A DNA stretch of 64,000 bases from an uncultured Gemmatimonadales bacterium (GTDB taxonomy: Bacteria > Gemmatimonadota > Gemmatimonadetes > Palauibacterales > Palauibacteraceae): positions 128,001-192,000 of the forward strand of contig CAWANJ010000002.1 in the NCBI GenBank assembly GCA_963783385.1. Direction: 5' to 3'. The notes beneath the pieces were generated by a model. It had not been told where the DNA came from, searched no databases, and saw only the letters and a list, made by a program, of their open reading frames with translations. This document shows, in pieces, positions 8,257-21,642 of this stretch. Position numbers and translations under genes: made by a program. Every line of letters begins with the position of its first letter. Positions within the stretch are counted from its first letter, which is position 1.

Positions 8257-8877
8257 TCAGTCGACCGCTACCGGATGGAAGCGGCCACTCTCCAGGTCGA
8301 GGGCGTCCACGCGGCCTTCCTCGAGGATGTAGTGCCACCCGTGCAGCGCCAGATCACCGGCCTCCGTACGTTCCCGCACGATGGGGTATTCGGCCAGTCG
8401 CCCCAGCTGCAGCGCGATGCTGCGCCGTTCGGTCTCCCGCAGCGTATCCTCGTCGGGAGCGCCGTCCCCGGCGGGCAGCGCCGCGGGCCGGGCCAGCCCG
8501 AGCCAGCGCTCCAGGTTGGGCGCCGGCACGTCCGGGGGCTCGTACAGGGCGCGCACCGCGCCGCAGTGACTGTGGCCGCACACCACAATGTCCCGGACGC
8601 CCAGCACCGCGACCGCGTACTCAATGGCGGCGGCCGCCTCGTGCTCACCGACCTCGGGGTCGTGAGGCGGCACGAGCGCGCCCACGTTGCGGGACACGAA
8701 CAGGTCGCCCGGCCCCGAGTCGGTCAGGAGGTCGGGGAGCACGCGGGAGTCCGAGCAGCCGATGAACAGGGTGCCCGGGCGCTGCCCCGCCGCCACCAGC
8801 TCGCGGAAGTGCTCCCGGTAGCCGGGGAACGCCTCCCTGTGGAAACGCTGCAAGCCCCGGAGGAGGCTGTCGGACAT
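8257..8877 (-). CDS. Beta-class carbonic anhydrase
   Basis: GCSDSRV, GDLFVSRNVG, AIEYAV, CGHSHCGA zinc ligands, LHGWHY. Confidence 0.93.
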   Translation of the reverse strand: MSDSLLRGLQRFHREAFPGYREHFRELVAAGQRPGTLFIGCSDSRVLPDLLTDSGPGDLFVSRNVGALVPPHDPEVGEHEAAAAIEYAVAVLGVRDIVVCGHSHCGAVRALYEPPDVPAPNLERWLGLARPAALPAGDGAPDEDTLRETERRSIALQLGRLAEYPIVRERTEAGDLALHGWHYILEEGRVDALDLESGRFHPVAVD

Positions 8878-9225
8878 GCTCCGACCTCGCGTCTCTGGGA
8901 TCCTCGTCGAACGGGCGACGTAGGATAGCGGCATCGGGTCGCCGTGCGAAGGCGGGGGGGCACGGCCCTCCGCCTCGGCCCTCGCACGCCGAACATCGCG
9001 GCCGGCCGGAGCCGACGGCCGCCGCCGACAGGCGCCCCGGTCCGGGATCCGGGGCGTGCGCGCGCGCCCGTCGCGCCGCTACCTTCCGGACGGCGGCGCC
9101 CGCACGCTTCCTGCACCCGGCAGGACACGCGCGGGCGCCGCGGTGTACGGAGAAGGCGGCGGCGTGCGAGGGATGCCGGACGGGGCCCGGGAGCCGAAGC
9201 GACCACGCAAGCCCACGAGAGGGGA

Positions 9226-11892
<2,667 letters not shown>

Positions 11893-11896
<4 letters not shown>

Positions 11897-12309
11897 GCGC
11901 CGTGCACCGCGAGGACGAGGTGTCGGGAGGCTCGTCCGGAGGCGGGGCCGAGTCGCCGCGGCGGCGCGCCCTGGCGTGGCTGCACGAGCGCCTGGACGAC
12001 ATCCACCCGGAGCTGGCCGCGGCCGTCCGCCGCTGTGTCCGGGAGGGATCCGAGCCGGACGCGGGCAGCTCCGTGGCGGACGTGCTGGCCGATGCCGCCG
12101 CGGCCGAGCTGCAGCGGATCGCCGCCGGACCGCAGGACCGGGCCGCCGCCGTTCGGCTCCTGGCCGCGGACGCGGTACTGACCTTCGCGTTCGAGGCCGT
12201 GGCGGCCCAGGGAGGGGACTCGGACGCGCTGGCCGACCGGGTGGGGCTTCGCGGCACGCTCGGGCACGCGCTGCTCGAGGCGCTGAACTCCGGGGAGGGG
12301 ACGGCGTGA
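11893..12309 (+). CDS. Hypothetical protein
   Basis: 138-aa ORF with GTGA overlaps to both alaS and the next gene; LLAADAVLTFAFE segment; no family recognised. Confidence 0.65.
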
Positions 12310-13142
12310 GCGAGGCGCCCCGACTGGCCGATCTGCACTGTCACCTGGTCCCGGGGGTCGACGACGGCGCCGAGACCTTCCGGGATGCCCTCGTGTGGCT
12401 GGAGGCCTTCGCCGAAGACGGCATCACCCGGGTAGCCACCACGCCCCACCTCCCGGCCCGACTGGCCGACTCGGACTATCGCCGCCGAGTGGTGGACCGG
12501 TTTTCGGAGCTGGCGGCCCGGGCCGAGGACCGGCTTCCCTCGGTCGAGCTCTCGCTGGCCTTCGAGATCCGACTGGATGGCGCCCCGCTCGACCCGGCCG
12601 ACGAGGGCCTGTGGCTGGGGCCGGGCCGGCACGTGCTCGTGGAGTTCCAGGGGCTGGTGCTGCCGGCCGAGCCGCAGCGGGAGCTCTCGACCCTGCTGGA
12701 GGCCGGGCTCCACCCGGTTCTGGCGCACCCGGAGCGCTACCAGGGGATCGGCGACGACGAGGCCTGGCCGAGCCTGTGGCGGGAGATGGGCGTGCGCCTG
12801 TGCGTGAACGCGGGCAGCCTGTGGGGAGCCTACGGACGGGAGCCCCAGGAGGTCGCGCGGGGGATGCTGGCGCGGGGCGAGGCGGACCTCGTCGGCTCGG
12901 ACCATCACGCTCGCCCCCACCGCTCGGACACCGTGAGGGAGGCGTGGGATCTCCTCCGGGACGCGGGGCACCCCGAGGCCGCCGACCTCCTCGTGGGCGA
13001 AAACACGCGTGCGGTGCTGGACGGCGGCGAGCTCGCGGCGGTGCCTCCGGCGCCGCTGGATACCGGGGAAGAGGACGGATCCGGCGTCGGAACGACGGGT
13101 CGATCGTCCTGGTGGCGATTCCTGGGCGCGGGCGGCCGGTGA
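12306..13142 (+). CDS. PHP-family Mn-dependent tyrosine-protein phosphatase (CpsB/CapC/YwqE-like)
   Basis: DLHCHLVPGVDDGA, ATTPH, LAHPERY, VGSDHH. Confidence 0.9.
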   Translation: MSEAPRLADLHCHLVPGVDDGAETFRDALVWLEAFAEDGITRVATTPHLPARLADSDYRRRVVDRFSELAARAEDRLPSVELSLAFEIRLDGAPLDPADEGLWLGPGRHVLVEFQGLVLPAEPQRELSTLLEAGLHPVLAHPERYQGIGDDEAWPSLWREMGVRLCVNAGSLWGAYGREPQEVARGMLARGEADLVGSDHHARPHRSDTVREAWDLLRDAGHPEAADLLVGENTRAVLDGGELAAVPPAPLDTGEEDGSGVGTTGRSSWWRFLGAGGR

Positions 13143-13792
13143 CCGAACCGGGCTCCTTCGCGTCCCGCATGGCCGACCTGGCCGCCGCGGCCGAGGCCGC
13201 CGGCGCGCTCGGGCCGTCGGTGGACCGCTACGTCGACCGGGTGCTCGTCACATTGCGGCGGGGCGGAAAGCTCCTCCTGTGCGGAAACGGGGGCAGCGCG
13301 GCCACGGCCGAGCACGTGGCGGCCGAGTACGTCGTGCGCTTCCGGCGCGAGCGGCGGGCCTTCGCGGCGGTGGCGCTCACTTCCGGAAGCGTCGTCCTCA
13401 CCGCCGCTTCGAACGACCTGGGCTACGCCGAGGCACTGGCGCGCGCGGTACGGGCGCTGGCCCGGCCGGAGGACCTGCTCATCCTGCACTCGACCAGCGG
13501 CGACTCCCCCAACCTCCTGCGGGCCGCCGAGGAAGCGAACGCGATGGGCGTCGCCACGGTCGGGGTGCTGGCCCGCGGCGGTGGACGCCTGGCTTCCCGG
13601 GTGGACCTGGCGCTGGTTCTGCCGGCCGAGGAGACGGCGCTGGCGCAGGAGCTTCAGCTGGCGCTCGAGCACGCGGTCGTGGATCGGGTCGAAGCGGCGC
13701 TCGCTGGAGAAGCCGGAGCCGATGCCGGAGCTCCCGGTGCTGGGGCTCGCGCTGCCGGGACTGGAGATCACACCGAGCCGGGGGAGGTATGA
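13139..13792 (+). CDS. gmhA: SIS-domain phosphoheptose isomerase
   Basis: CGNGGSAATAEHVAAE, TAASNDLGY, STSGDSPN, QE..H. Confidence 0.8.
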   Translation: MTEPGSFASRMADLAAAAEAAGALGPSVDRYVDRVLVTLRRGGKLLLCGNGGSAATAEHVAAEYVVRFRRERRAFAAVALTSGSVVLTAASNDLGYAEALARAVRALARPEDLLILHSTSGDSPNLLRAAEEANAMGVATVGVLARGGGRLASRVDLALVLPAEETALAQELQLALEHAVVDRVEAALAGEAGADAGAPGAGARAAGTGDHTEPGEV

Positions 13793-14662
13793 TGGGATCG
13801 ACGCTGCTGCCGGGCATTGCGGGAAAGCGGGCCCTGGTGACGGGCGGGTCGCGGGGGATCGGGCGGGCCACGGTCCGGCTGCTGGCCGGCTGCGGGGCCT
13901 CGGTCGGGGTCGCCTACCGGAGCGCCCACGACGAGGCGGAGGCGGCCGTCCGGGAAGCCACCGAGGCCGGCGCCGCGTTTCGAAAGCGGCAGGGCGCGGC
14001 CTTCGTGCTGCGCTCCCTGGAGGCGGCAGACCCCGAGGAGGACGCCGAGATCGGCGAGCCGGCCACCTTCTTCCGACAGGCCGCCGACCTGTCGCGCGAG
14101 GAGGAAGTCGAGTCGCTGTTCGAGCGGGTCGATGGAGGAGCTGGGCGGACTGGATTTGTTCGTCGGCAACGCCGGCATCTGGAACGTGGACGACGCTCCG
14201 ATCCGGGACCTCGAGATGGCCGAGTGGCGACGGATGATGGCGGTCAACCTGGACTCCATCTTCCTGAGCACGCGCGAGGCCGTGCGGCGCATGGGCCGGG
14301 GCGGGCGCGTGGTGCTCCTTTCCTCCACGGCCGGCCAGCGCGGCGAGCCGTATCACAACCAGTACGCGGCCACCAAGGGAGCCATCATCTCCTTCACCAA
14401 GTCGCTGGCCCGCGAGCTGGGACCGGAGGGCATTACGGTCAACTCGGTGGCCCCGGGGTGGGTGGACACGGACATGAGCGCCCCGATCCTGGAGGGGGCC
14501 GACCCGGAGGCGATGGACAGGATCCTGGGCGAGATCCCGCTGCGGCGGGTGGCCACCGTCGAGGATGTCGCCGGTCCCATCGTCTTCCTGCTCAGCGACC
14601 TGGGACGCCAGATCACGGGCGAGATCGTGAACGTGAACGGCGGTAGCGTGGTCTGCGGGTGA
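13789..14662 (+). CDS. SDR-family oxidoreductase (FabG-like), split by a +1 frameshift at ~14134
   Basis: TGGSRGIG in the first frame; GNAGI, YAATK, NSVAPGWVDTDM, ITGEIVNVNGG in the second frame. Confidence 0.85.
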
Positions 14663-15975
14663 CCTCCATGGACCTCGACGCCCCGCAGGGCCTGCTCGAG
14701 GTCGCCCGCCGGCTCGAGGAGCGTGGCCGCGAGGCGTGGGCCGTGGGCGGCGCCGTCCGCGACGAGCTCGCCGGGCATCACCGCGCGGACTGGGACCTGG
14801 CCACGGACGCCCGGCCGCGGGAGGTGCGCTCCCTTTTCCGGCGCACCGTACCGATCGGGATCGAGCACGGCACCGTGGGGGTGATCGCCTCGGACGGCGT
14901 GATGTACGAGGTCACCACCTTCCGCCGGGACGTGGAGACGGACGGCCGTCACGCGGTCATCGAGTTCGCAGACTCGCTCGAGGAGGACCTGGCGCGGCGG
15001 GACTTCACGATCAACGCGCTGGCGTGGCGTCCGGCGACGGGTGAGCTCCGGGACCCGTACGGCGGCAGGGAGGACCTGGAGCGGCGGCGGCTTCGGGCGG
15101 TCGAGGACCCGGCCACGCGCTTCGCCGAGGACTACCTTCGGGTGCTGCGCGGCCTCCGGTTCGCAGGTCGCTTTCGGCTGGACATCGAACCGGAGACGGA
15201 GCGCGCCCTGGACGAGGCCGTGCCGGGGACCCGCGACCTGTCCGCCGAGCGGGTCCGCGAGGAGCTCCTCAAGATCATGGGAGGACCGGCGCCCTCGGCC
15301 GCGCTCCACCTGTACCGCCAGCACGGCATCCTGGCCATGTGGTACCCGGAGCTGGCCGAAGCGGCGGTCGAAGACCCGCGCTGGGAGCTCGACCTCGGGG
15401 CTGTCGACGCGGTGCCCGCAGCGCGCGCGCGGCTGCGCGTGGCCCGTCTCCTCCTGGCGATCGCACAGGATCCCGAGGAGAGGGGCGCGCGCGCACGGGT
15501 CGTGCTCGAGCGCCTCAAGTTCTCCAACTCCGACTCGGATCGCATCGCCCACCTCCTGCGGGCCTACGAACCGGTGCCGGCCCCCACCGATTCCGATGCG
15601 CAGGTCCGGGAGTGGATCGCCGAGGTGGGACGCGAAACGGTGCGGGACGTCCTCAGGCTGCACGCCGCCACGGCGCGCTCGGCGGGAGCCACGGAGGGCC
15701 AGCGTTACCTGGTTTTCCTGTGGCGACGGGTCCACGCCCAGCTCCTCTCCCACGCTCCCCTCACCCGCGCCGAGCTGGCGGTGGATGGCAACGACCTGCT
15801 CGCGCTCGGGGTCGCGGCGGGGCCCGGGATGGGCGTGCTCCTCGACGAGCTCCACGCCACCGTGATCGAGGATCCCGCGTTAAACGAGCGCGAGTCCCTC
15901 CTCGACCTGGCCAGGGAATACGCAGAGATGGGCGGCCTCCTGGCCGGTCCTCCGACCGAGGAGGGGCGGGCATGA
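14659..15975 (+). CDS. cca: CCA-adding tRNA nucleotidyltransferase / poly(A) polymerase family
   Basis: VGGAVRD, DWDLAT, EVTTFR, DLARRDFTINALA, RFAEDYLRVLRGLRF, SAERVREEL. Confidence 0.88.
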   Translation: MTSMDLDAPQGLLEVARRLEERGREAWAVGGAVRDELAGHHRADWDLATDARPREVRSLFRRTVPIGIEHGTVGVIASDGVMYEVTTFRRDVETDGRHAVIEFADSLEEDLARRDFTINALAWRPATGELRDPYGGREDLERRRLRAVEDPATRFAEDYLRVLRGLRFAGRFRLDIEPETERALDEAVPGTRDLSAERVREELLKIMGGPAPSAALHLYRQHGILAMWYPELAEAAVEDPRWELDLGAVDAVPAARARLRVARLLLAIAQDPEERGARARVVLERLKFSNSDSDRIAHLLRAYEPVPAPTDSDAQVREWIAEVGRETVRDVLRLHAATARSAGATEGQRYLVFLWRRVHAQLLSHAPLTRAELAVDGNDLLALGVAAGPGMGVLLDELHATVIEDPALNERESLLDLAREYAEMGGLLAGPPTEEGRA

Positions 15976-17405
15976 GCGACGAGCCGAGCCTGTTCGGACC
16001 CGAGGGCGGCGCGCCGGGCCGTGCGCCCGTGCCGGGCGACCGCGCCTCCGCGCGGGGCCCGTGGTCCGTCGACCCGGGCGCGCCGCTGGCCGCCCGCATG
16101 CGGGCCCGATCGCTGGACGAGTTCGTGGGGCAGGAGAAGGTGGTGGGCCCGGGCGGGCCGCTGCGCGAGCTGATCGAGCACGACCGGGTGCCGAGCCTCA
16201 TCCTGTGGGGCCCTCCGGGCTGCGGGAAGACCACGCTGGCCGGGATCATCGCCCGCGCCACCGACTCCGCGTTCGAGCCGTTCAGCGCGGTGACGGAGGG
16301 GATCGCCCGCGTCCGGGAGCTCATCGAGCAGGCCCGGGTCCGCAAGCGCGCCACGGGCTGCGACACGATCCTGTTCGTGGACGAGATCCACCGCTTCAAC
16401 CGGGCGCAGCAGGACGCCTTCCTCCCGCACGTGGAGGCGGGAACGGTCACCCTCATCGGGGCCACGACCGAGAACCCGAGCTTCGAGGTGGTGGGTCCGC
16501 TCCTGAGCCGCGCCCGGGTGTTCGTGCTCGAGGCGCTCTCGCCCTCGGACATCGCCGTGTTGTGCCGGAGGGCGCTGGACGATGCGGAGCGCGGCCTGGG
16601 CGGCCGCGGCCTGTCGATCGAGGAGGAGGCGCTCCGCCGCCTGTCGGAAGCGGCCGATGGGGACGCGCGCCGCGCCCTCAACGCGCTGGAAACGGCGGCC
16701 GAGCTCGCCGCAGCTGAAGGTGCCATTGGCGTGGAGGAGGTCGAGGGCGCGTTGCAGCGCCGCTTTCCCCGCTACGACAAGAGCGGCGAGGAGCACTACA
16801 ACCTCATCTCGGCCCTGCACAAGGCGGTCCGGGGCTCGGACGTCGACGCGGCCCTCTACTGGCTGGCCCGCATGCTGGAGGGCGGGGAGGACCCGCTCTA
16901 CCTGGCGCGCCGCATGGTGCGCATGGCGTCGGAGGACATCGGGCTGGCGGATCCGCGTGCGTTGCAGGTGACCCTGGCCGCGCGGGATGCCTACCACTTC
17001 CTGGGCTCGCCGGAGGGGGATCTCGCCCTGGCCGAGGCGGTCTCCTACCTGGCCGCCGCACCCAAGTCGAACCGCATCTACGGCGCCTTCGGCGAGGCCA
17101 GGCGAGCCGCCCGCGACACGCCCGCCGAGCCGGTCCCGCTCCACATCCGAAACGCTCCCACTCGCCTCATGAAGGACCTCGGCTACGGCGAGGGTTACGC
17201 GTACGACCACGACTTCCAGGAGGGCGTGGCCCCGCAGACGTACCTGCCGGATGTCCTGGCCGACCGGCGCTTCTACGTGCCCGGCAACCGGGGGGAGGAG
17301 GCCGAGCTGGCGCGGCGGCTGCGGCGAATCGCCGAGCTGAGGAAGCGCGGCGAGGCGTCGGAGTCCGACGCCGGGGACAGGACCCGGTCCGGCGGCGGAG
17401 GGTAG
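15972..17405 (+). CDS. rarA: Replication-associated recombination protein A
   Basis: PLAARMR, GPPGCGKTT, DEIHRFN, GATTENPSFE, SALHKAVRGSD, ASEDIGLAD, PLHIRNAPT. Confidence 0.95.
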   Translation: MSDEPSLFGPEGGAPGRAPVPGDRASARGPWSVDPGAPLAARMRARSLDEFVGQEKVVGPGGPLRELIEHDRVPSLILWGPPGCGKTTLAGIIARATDSAFEPFSAVTEGIARVRELIEQARVRKRATGCDTILFVDEIHRFNRAQQDAFLPHVEAGTVTLIGATTENPSFEVVGPLLSRARVFVLEALSPSDIAVLCRRALDDAERGLGGRGLSIEEEALRRLSEAADGDARRALNALETAAELAAAEGAIGVEEVEGALQRRFPRYDKSGEEHYNLISALHKAVRGSDVDAALYWLARMLEGGEDPLYLARRMVRMASEDIGLADPRALQVTLAARDAYHFLGSPEGDLALAEAVSYLAAAPKSNRIYGAFGEARRAARDTPAEPVPLHIRNAPTRLMKDLGYGEGYAYDHDFQEGVAPQTYLPDVLADRRFYVPGNRGEEAELARRLRRIAELRKRGEASESDAGDRTRSGGGG

Positions 17406-17531
17406 GGATACGGGAAGCCGAACGCCGCCACGGGACCGGGCGTGGCGTCCCCACACGGGGCCGCGGGCCCAGGTTTCCGGCGGCGTTCGCGCACGACACC
17501 CGAGGCACGGGGGAGGTAGATTCCCGACTCG

Positions 17532-18824
17532 ATGATCGACGTCGAACAACCGACCGAGCGCGTCCTCCTGGTGGGCGCGCCACCCCTGGACCGCTCCCAG
17601 GAGCTCGTGGACGAGCACCTGGCCGAGCTCGCCCGGCTGGCCACGACGGCGGGGGCGGCCGTCGTGGGAGCCCTCGTCCAGCGACTCGAGGCACCCCATC
17701 CCGCCACCTACATCGGGACTGGAAAGCTGGAAGAGCTCGCCCGCATGGCGCGCGAGCGCGGCGCCACCCTGATCGTGTTCGACGAGGACCTCAGCCCCGC
17801 CCAGGGCTCCGCCATCGAGGAGCGGATCGGGGTGCGGGTCATGGACCGCACGGAGCTCATCCTCGACATCTTCGCTCTGCGCGCCCGCACGGCGGAGGCC
17901 AAGCTCCAGGTCGAGCTGGCGCAGCTCCAGTACATGCGTCCGCGGCTCAAGCGGATGTGGACCCACCTGTCGAGGACCGCCGGCGGCATCGGGGCCCGGG
18001 GTCCGGGCGAGCAGCAGCTGGAGACGGACCGCCGGCTCATCGACCGGCGCATCGCGCGCCTGGGCGGCCGCCTGGAGGAGATCGCCCGCTCCCGGGACAC
18101 GCAGCGCAAGGCGCGCCGGACGGCGTTCCAGGTCGCCCTGGTGGGCTACACGAACGCCGGGAAGTCATCGATCCTGCGCTCCCTGTCGGGGAGCGACCTG
18201 TTCGTGGAGGACCGGCTGTTCGCCACGCTGGACTCCGCCACCCGGGCCGTGCAGCTCGGAGAAGGCTACGAGGCGCTGGTCACCGACACGGTGGGCTTCA
18301 TCCGCAAGCTGCCTCACCACCTGGTGGCGTCCTTCCGGGCGACCCTCGAGGAGGTGGGCGAGGCCGACCTCCTGCTGCACGTCATCGACGCATCGGCCCC
18401 GAACTGGGAGCACCAGGCGCAGGCCGTGGACGAGGTGCTGGCCGACATGGGTGCCGACCCCGCCAGAGTCCTGCTCGTGTTCCACAAGGTCGACCGGCTC
18501 GGATCGACCCGCCGCGCCGCGCTCCGCGAGCGCTCGGCCGCGTTCATGGGACCCCACGTCATGACCACGGTCGAGGAAGCGGAGGGGCTGGAGCCACTGC
18601 GCGCCTTGCTGCGCCAGCGGATCCGCGCCCTTCGGACCACGGTGCGCCTGGTGGTGCCGGTCGCCGACGGCCGGATGCTGGCCGAGGCCTACCGAGAGGG
18701 CGAGGTACTGAGCCGGGAGCAGAACGGGACGGAGATCGTGCTGGTGGCCCGCGTGCCCGAGGCGGTCGTGGGACGCTGGGAGGGCCAGGAGGGAGTCCGC
18801 GTCGTTCGTCAGGATGCGGCGTGA
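17532..18824 (+). CDS. hflX: Ribosome rescue GTPase HflX
   Basis: DRTELILDIFA, KLQVELAQL, GPGEQQLETDRR, GYTNAGKS, LFATLD, DTVGFI. Confidence 0.96.
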   Translation: MIDVEQPTERVLLVGAPPLDRSQELVDEHLAELARLATTAGAAVVGALVQRLEAPHPATYIGTGKLEELARMARERGATLIVFDEDLSPAQGSAIEERIGVRVMDRTELILDIFALRARTAEAKLQVELAQLQYMRPRLKRMWTHLSRTAGGIGARGPGEQQLETDRRLIDRRIARLGGRLEEIARSRDTQRKARRTAFQVALVGYTNAGKSSILRSLSGSDLFVEDRLFATLDSATRAVQLGEGYEALVTDTVGFIRKLPHHLVASFRATLEEVGEADLLLHVIDASAPNWEHQAQAVDEVLADMGADPARVLLVFHKVDRLGSTRRAALRERSAAFMGPHVMTTVEEAEGLEPLRALLRQRIRALRTTVRLVVPVADGRMLAEAYREGEVLSREQNGTEIVLVARVPEAVVGRWEGQEGVRVVRQDAA

Positions 18825-19734
18825 CCACGCCCGGGGCGTGAGCGGGGCCCGCGGACCCGTGGGCGGCACCGTGGCCATCGTGGGCCGGGGCCGCATGGGA
18901 CGCTCCCTGGTCGAGGCGCTGGAAGCCCACGCCCCGGGGACGCACGTCGAGCTCGAGGGCAGGGAGCCGCGGCGTCCCGCCCCGGCGACCGTCGTGTTCT
19001 GCGTGCCGGACGACGCCCTCGAAGCCGCCGTGCGGGTCCGGGCGGAAGCGTTCGCACCCGGCCGGGCGGACGGGGCCGTGGTCCGCGGCGCCTCGGGCTC
19101 GCGGCAGCCGCCCGACCGGGTGGCCCTCCACACCAGCGGCGTCCACCCCGCGTCGATCCTCTCGCCCCTGCGGGAGGTCGGCTTCGCGGTGGCCGCGTGG
19201 CATCCGCTGACGGTGGTGGATCGGCCGGACGGAGCGGCCCTGGTCGGCGTCACGTGGGGGCTGGAGGGTGATGCTGCGGCGGTGGGCCGCGCCACCGAGC
19301 TCGCCGAGGCCCTGAGGGGCCGCACGCTTCGCCTGGCTCCGGACCAGCACGCCCGCTACCATGCGGCGGCCGTGTTCGCTTCCAACTTCCTGGTAGCGTG
19401 CCTGGGCGTGGCCGCCGATGAGCTGCGGAGGGCGGCATCCGGAGCGTCGGTCGGACCCGACGCCGCCCCGGATGTGGAGCCCCTCCTCCCGCTGGCCCGG
19501 GCCGCCCTCGAGGCGGTGGCGCGCGGCGGAGTGCGGCGAGGACTCACGGGGCCGGTGGCCCGGGGCGACGCGGGTACGGTCCGCCGGCACCTGGAGGTGC
19601 TGGACGGAGAGCGACGGGAGCTGTATCGGGCCCTGGCCCACGAGCTCCTGCGGCTGGCCGGCCCGGACCTCGCGCCCGATCGGGCGGCGGCGATTCGGGC
19701 GGCGCTGGCCCCGAGAGACGACGCCGGGGCTTAG
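18814..19734 (+). CDS. Rossmann-like/DUF2520 protein (PanG-like oxidoreductase)
   Basis: GRGRMG, CVPDD, HTSG, WHPL, YHAAAVFASNF, LTGPVARGD. Confidence 0.85.
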   Translation: MRRDHARGVSGARGPVGGTVAIVGRGRMGRSLVEALEAHAPGTHVELEGREPRRPAPATVVFCVPDDALEAAVRVRAEAFAPGRADGAVVRGASGSRQPPDRVALHTSGVHPASILSPLREVGFAVAAWHPLTVVDRPDGAALVGVTWGLEGDAAAVGRATELAEALRGRTLRLAPDQHARYHAAAVFASNFLVACLGVAADELRRAASGASVGPDAAPDVEPLLPLARAALEAVARGGVRRGLTGPVARGDAGTVRRHLEVLDGERRELYRALAHELLRLAGPDLAPDRAAAIRAALAPRDDAGA

Positions 19735-19755
19735 GGAGACAGGCGAGGGGGTAGC

Positions 19756-20505
19756 GTGGAGGAGCGGGGACTCGTGCGGCTGTACATCAACGTGGATCAC
19801 GTGGCCACGGTCCGGCAGGCGCGCCGCACCGACGAGCCCGATCCGGTGCGGGCGGCGGTGCTGGCCGAGCTCGGAGGAGCGGACGGCATCACGGTCCACC
19901 TGCGCGAGGACCGACGGCACATCCAGGAACGGGACGTGGAGCTCCTCCTCGGGACCGTGCGCACCGTGGTGAACCTCGAGCTGGCCGCCTCCGATGAGAT
20001 CCTGAGCCTGGCGGAGCGCTGGCAGCCGATGCAGGCCACGCTCGTCCCGGAGCGCAGGGAGGAGGTCACCACCGAGGGCGGCCTCGACGTGCCCGGAGGC
20101 CGGGAGCGTCTGCGCGAGGCGCTCGATCGCCTGGCGTCCGCCGGGATCCGCACCTCGCTGTTCATCGATCCCGACCCCGACGTCATCGCGGCCTCGGCCG
20201 AGCTCGGGGCCGATGCCGTGGAGCTCCACACCGGCGAGTATGCCAACGCCGTCGGCTCGGAGGCGCGGGCGCGGCAGCTCGGTCGACTGCGGGATGCCGC
20301 CATCCGCGGCCGGGAGGCGGGGCTGGCGGTGCACGCCGGTCATGGCCTCACGTTCGAGAACGTGGCGCCGGTGGCCGCCCTCCCGGAGTGCGAGGAGCTC
20401 AACATTGGCCACTCCATCGTGAGCCGCGCCGTGCTGACGGGCATGGAGGCGGCGGTGCGCGACATGCGGCGGCTGGTGGACGACGCGCGCCGGTTCGGGG
20501 CCTGA
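19756..20505 (+). CDS. pdxJ: Pyridoxine 5'-phosphate synthase
   Basis: [54 protein letters not shown]. Confidence 0.97.
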   Translation: MEERGLVRLYINVDHVATVRQARRTDEPDPVRAAVLAELGGADGITVHLREDRRHIQERDVELLLGTVRTVVNLELAASDEILSLAERWQPMQATLVPERREEVTTEGGLDVPGGRERLREALDRLASAGIRTSLFIDPDPDVIAASAELGADAVELHTGEYANAVGSEARARQLGRLRDAAIRGREAGLAVHAGHGLTFENVAPVAALPECEELNIGHSIVSRAVLTGMEAAVRDMRRLVDDARRFGA

Positions 20506-20550
20506 GGGTCGGTCGGTCGTGAACGACGGCGCCGCCGGAAGAGGCGATCC

Positions 20551-21642
20551 TTGAGGAAGCATCGCGGCAAGGTGCTCCTGGGCCTCGTCATCTCGGTCCT
20601 CCTCCTGGCCTGGGCGCTGCGGGACGTGTCGGCGGCCAGCGTGCTGGCGCTGGTGCGGGGTGCCCATCCGGGCTGGCTCGCCCTCATGGTCGTCGCCGCA
20701 ACGGCCGCCTTCCCGCTCCGCGCCTTCCGGTGGCGGGTCCTGCTGCTGCCCGAGTATCCGAGCACCTCCTTCCACGGCCGGTTCGCGGCCGTCTGCATCG
20801 GCTTCATGGCCAACAACGTGTTCCCGGTCCGGCTCGGGGAGTTCGCGCGGGCCCTGGCGCTGTCCCGGGTCGAGCGTGTGGAGGCGGGAGCGGCGTTCGG
20901 CTCCCTGGTCATCGAGCGCGTCCTGGACGGTCTCACGCTCACGGCCCTCCTCGTGCTGGTCCTGCTTCTGCCGGGCCACGCCCGCTCAGGGCTCCTGGAC
21001 GTTCCGCTCCTGGGGCGCATCGCCCTGGGGGCGGCGGCCGTGTTCGGGGTGGGGTTCGTGGGAATCTGGGTGATGGTGCGCTACCCGGGCGTGGCCGTGC
21101 GTGTGTTCGAGGCCACCGCGGGACGGGTGCTGCCCGACCGGTTCTACGAGAAGCTGCGCTCGCTCCTGGCGACGTTCGTGCGCGGACTCAGGATCGTGAG
21201 CCATCCATGGATCCTGGCGCGGGCCGTGGCCTGGTCCGTCGCCGTGTGGCTGTGCCTGTCGGCCTCCATGTGGTGCGGGATGCTCGCGTTCGGCATCCAG
21301 CGCCCCGGCTTCACCGGCGCGGTGCTCGTGCAGGCGCTGGTCGGGTTCGCGGTGGCGATCCCGTCCAGCCCGGGCTTCTTCGGGCCCCTGGAGGCGGCGG
21401 CGCGGGTAGGGCTGCGTGCCTACGGGGTGGATGCGACGCGCATCGTCGCCTTCGCGACCACGTACCACATCCTCACCTTCGTACCCATCACCCTCCTGGG
21501 GCTCTGGCAGCTGTGGCGGCTGGGGTTGCGCTGGAGCGAGGTCGAGCACAGCGAGGAGATCGTGGAGGCGTCCGTCGAGGAGGCCTCGAGCCGGGCGGAC
21601 GACGAGCGCGCGCGGCGGCACGGGGCGGTGGGCGGTGCCTGA
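20551..21642 (+). CDS. Lysylphosphatidylglycerol synthase TM-domain (UPF0104) flippase-like protein
   Basis: RAFRWRVLL, GFMANNVFPVRLGEFAR, ERVLD, PSSPGFFG; multiple TM helices. Confidence 0.85.
   Translation: MRKHRGKVLLGLVISVLLLAWALRDVSAASVLALVRGAHPGWLALMVVAATAAFPLRAFRWRVLLLPEYPSTSFHGRFAAVCIGFMANNVFPVRLGEFARALALSRVERVEAGAAFGSLVIERVLDGLTLTALLVLVLLLPGHARSGLLDVPLLGRIALGAAAVFGVGFVGIWVMVRYPGVAVRVFEATAGRVLPDRFYEKLRSLLATFVRGLRIVSHPWILARAVAWSVAVWLCLSASMWCGMLAFGIQRPGFTGAVLVQALVGFAVAIPSSPGFFGPLEAAARVGLRAYGVDATRIVAFATTYHILTFVPITLLGLWQLWRLGLRWSEVEHSEEIVEASVEEASSRADDERARRHGAVGGA

Noticed and set aside
8878-9225. T-box leader upstream of alaS
   Set aside because: No T-box consensus (AGGGTGGNACCGCG) or terminator/antiterminator pair visible.
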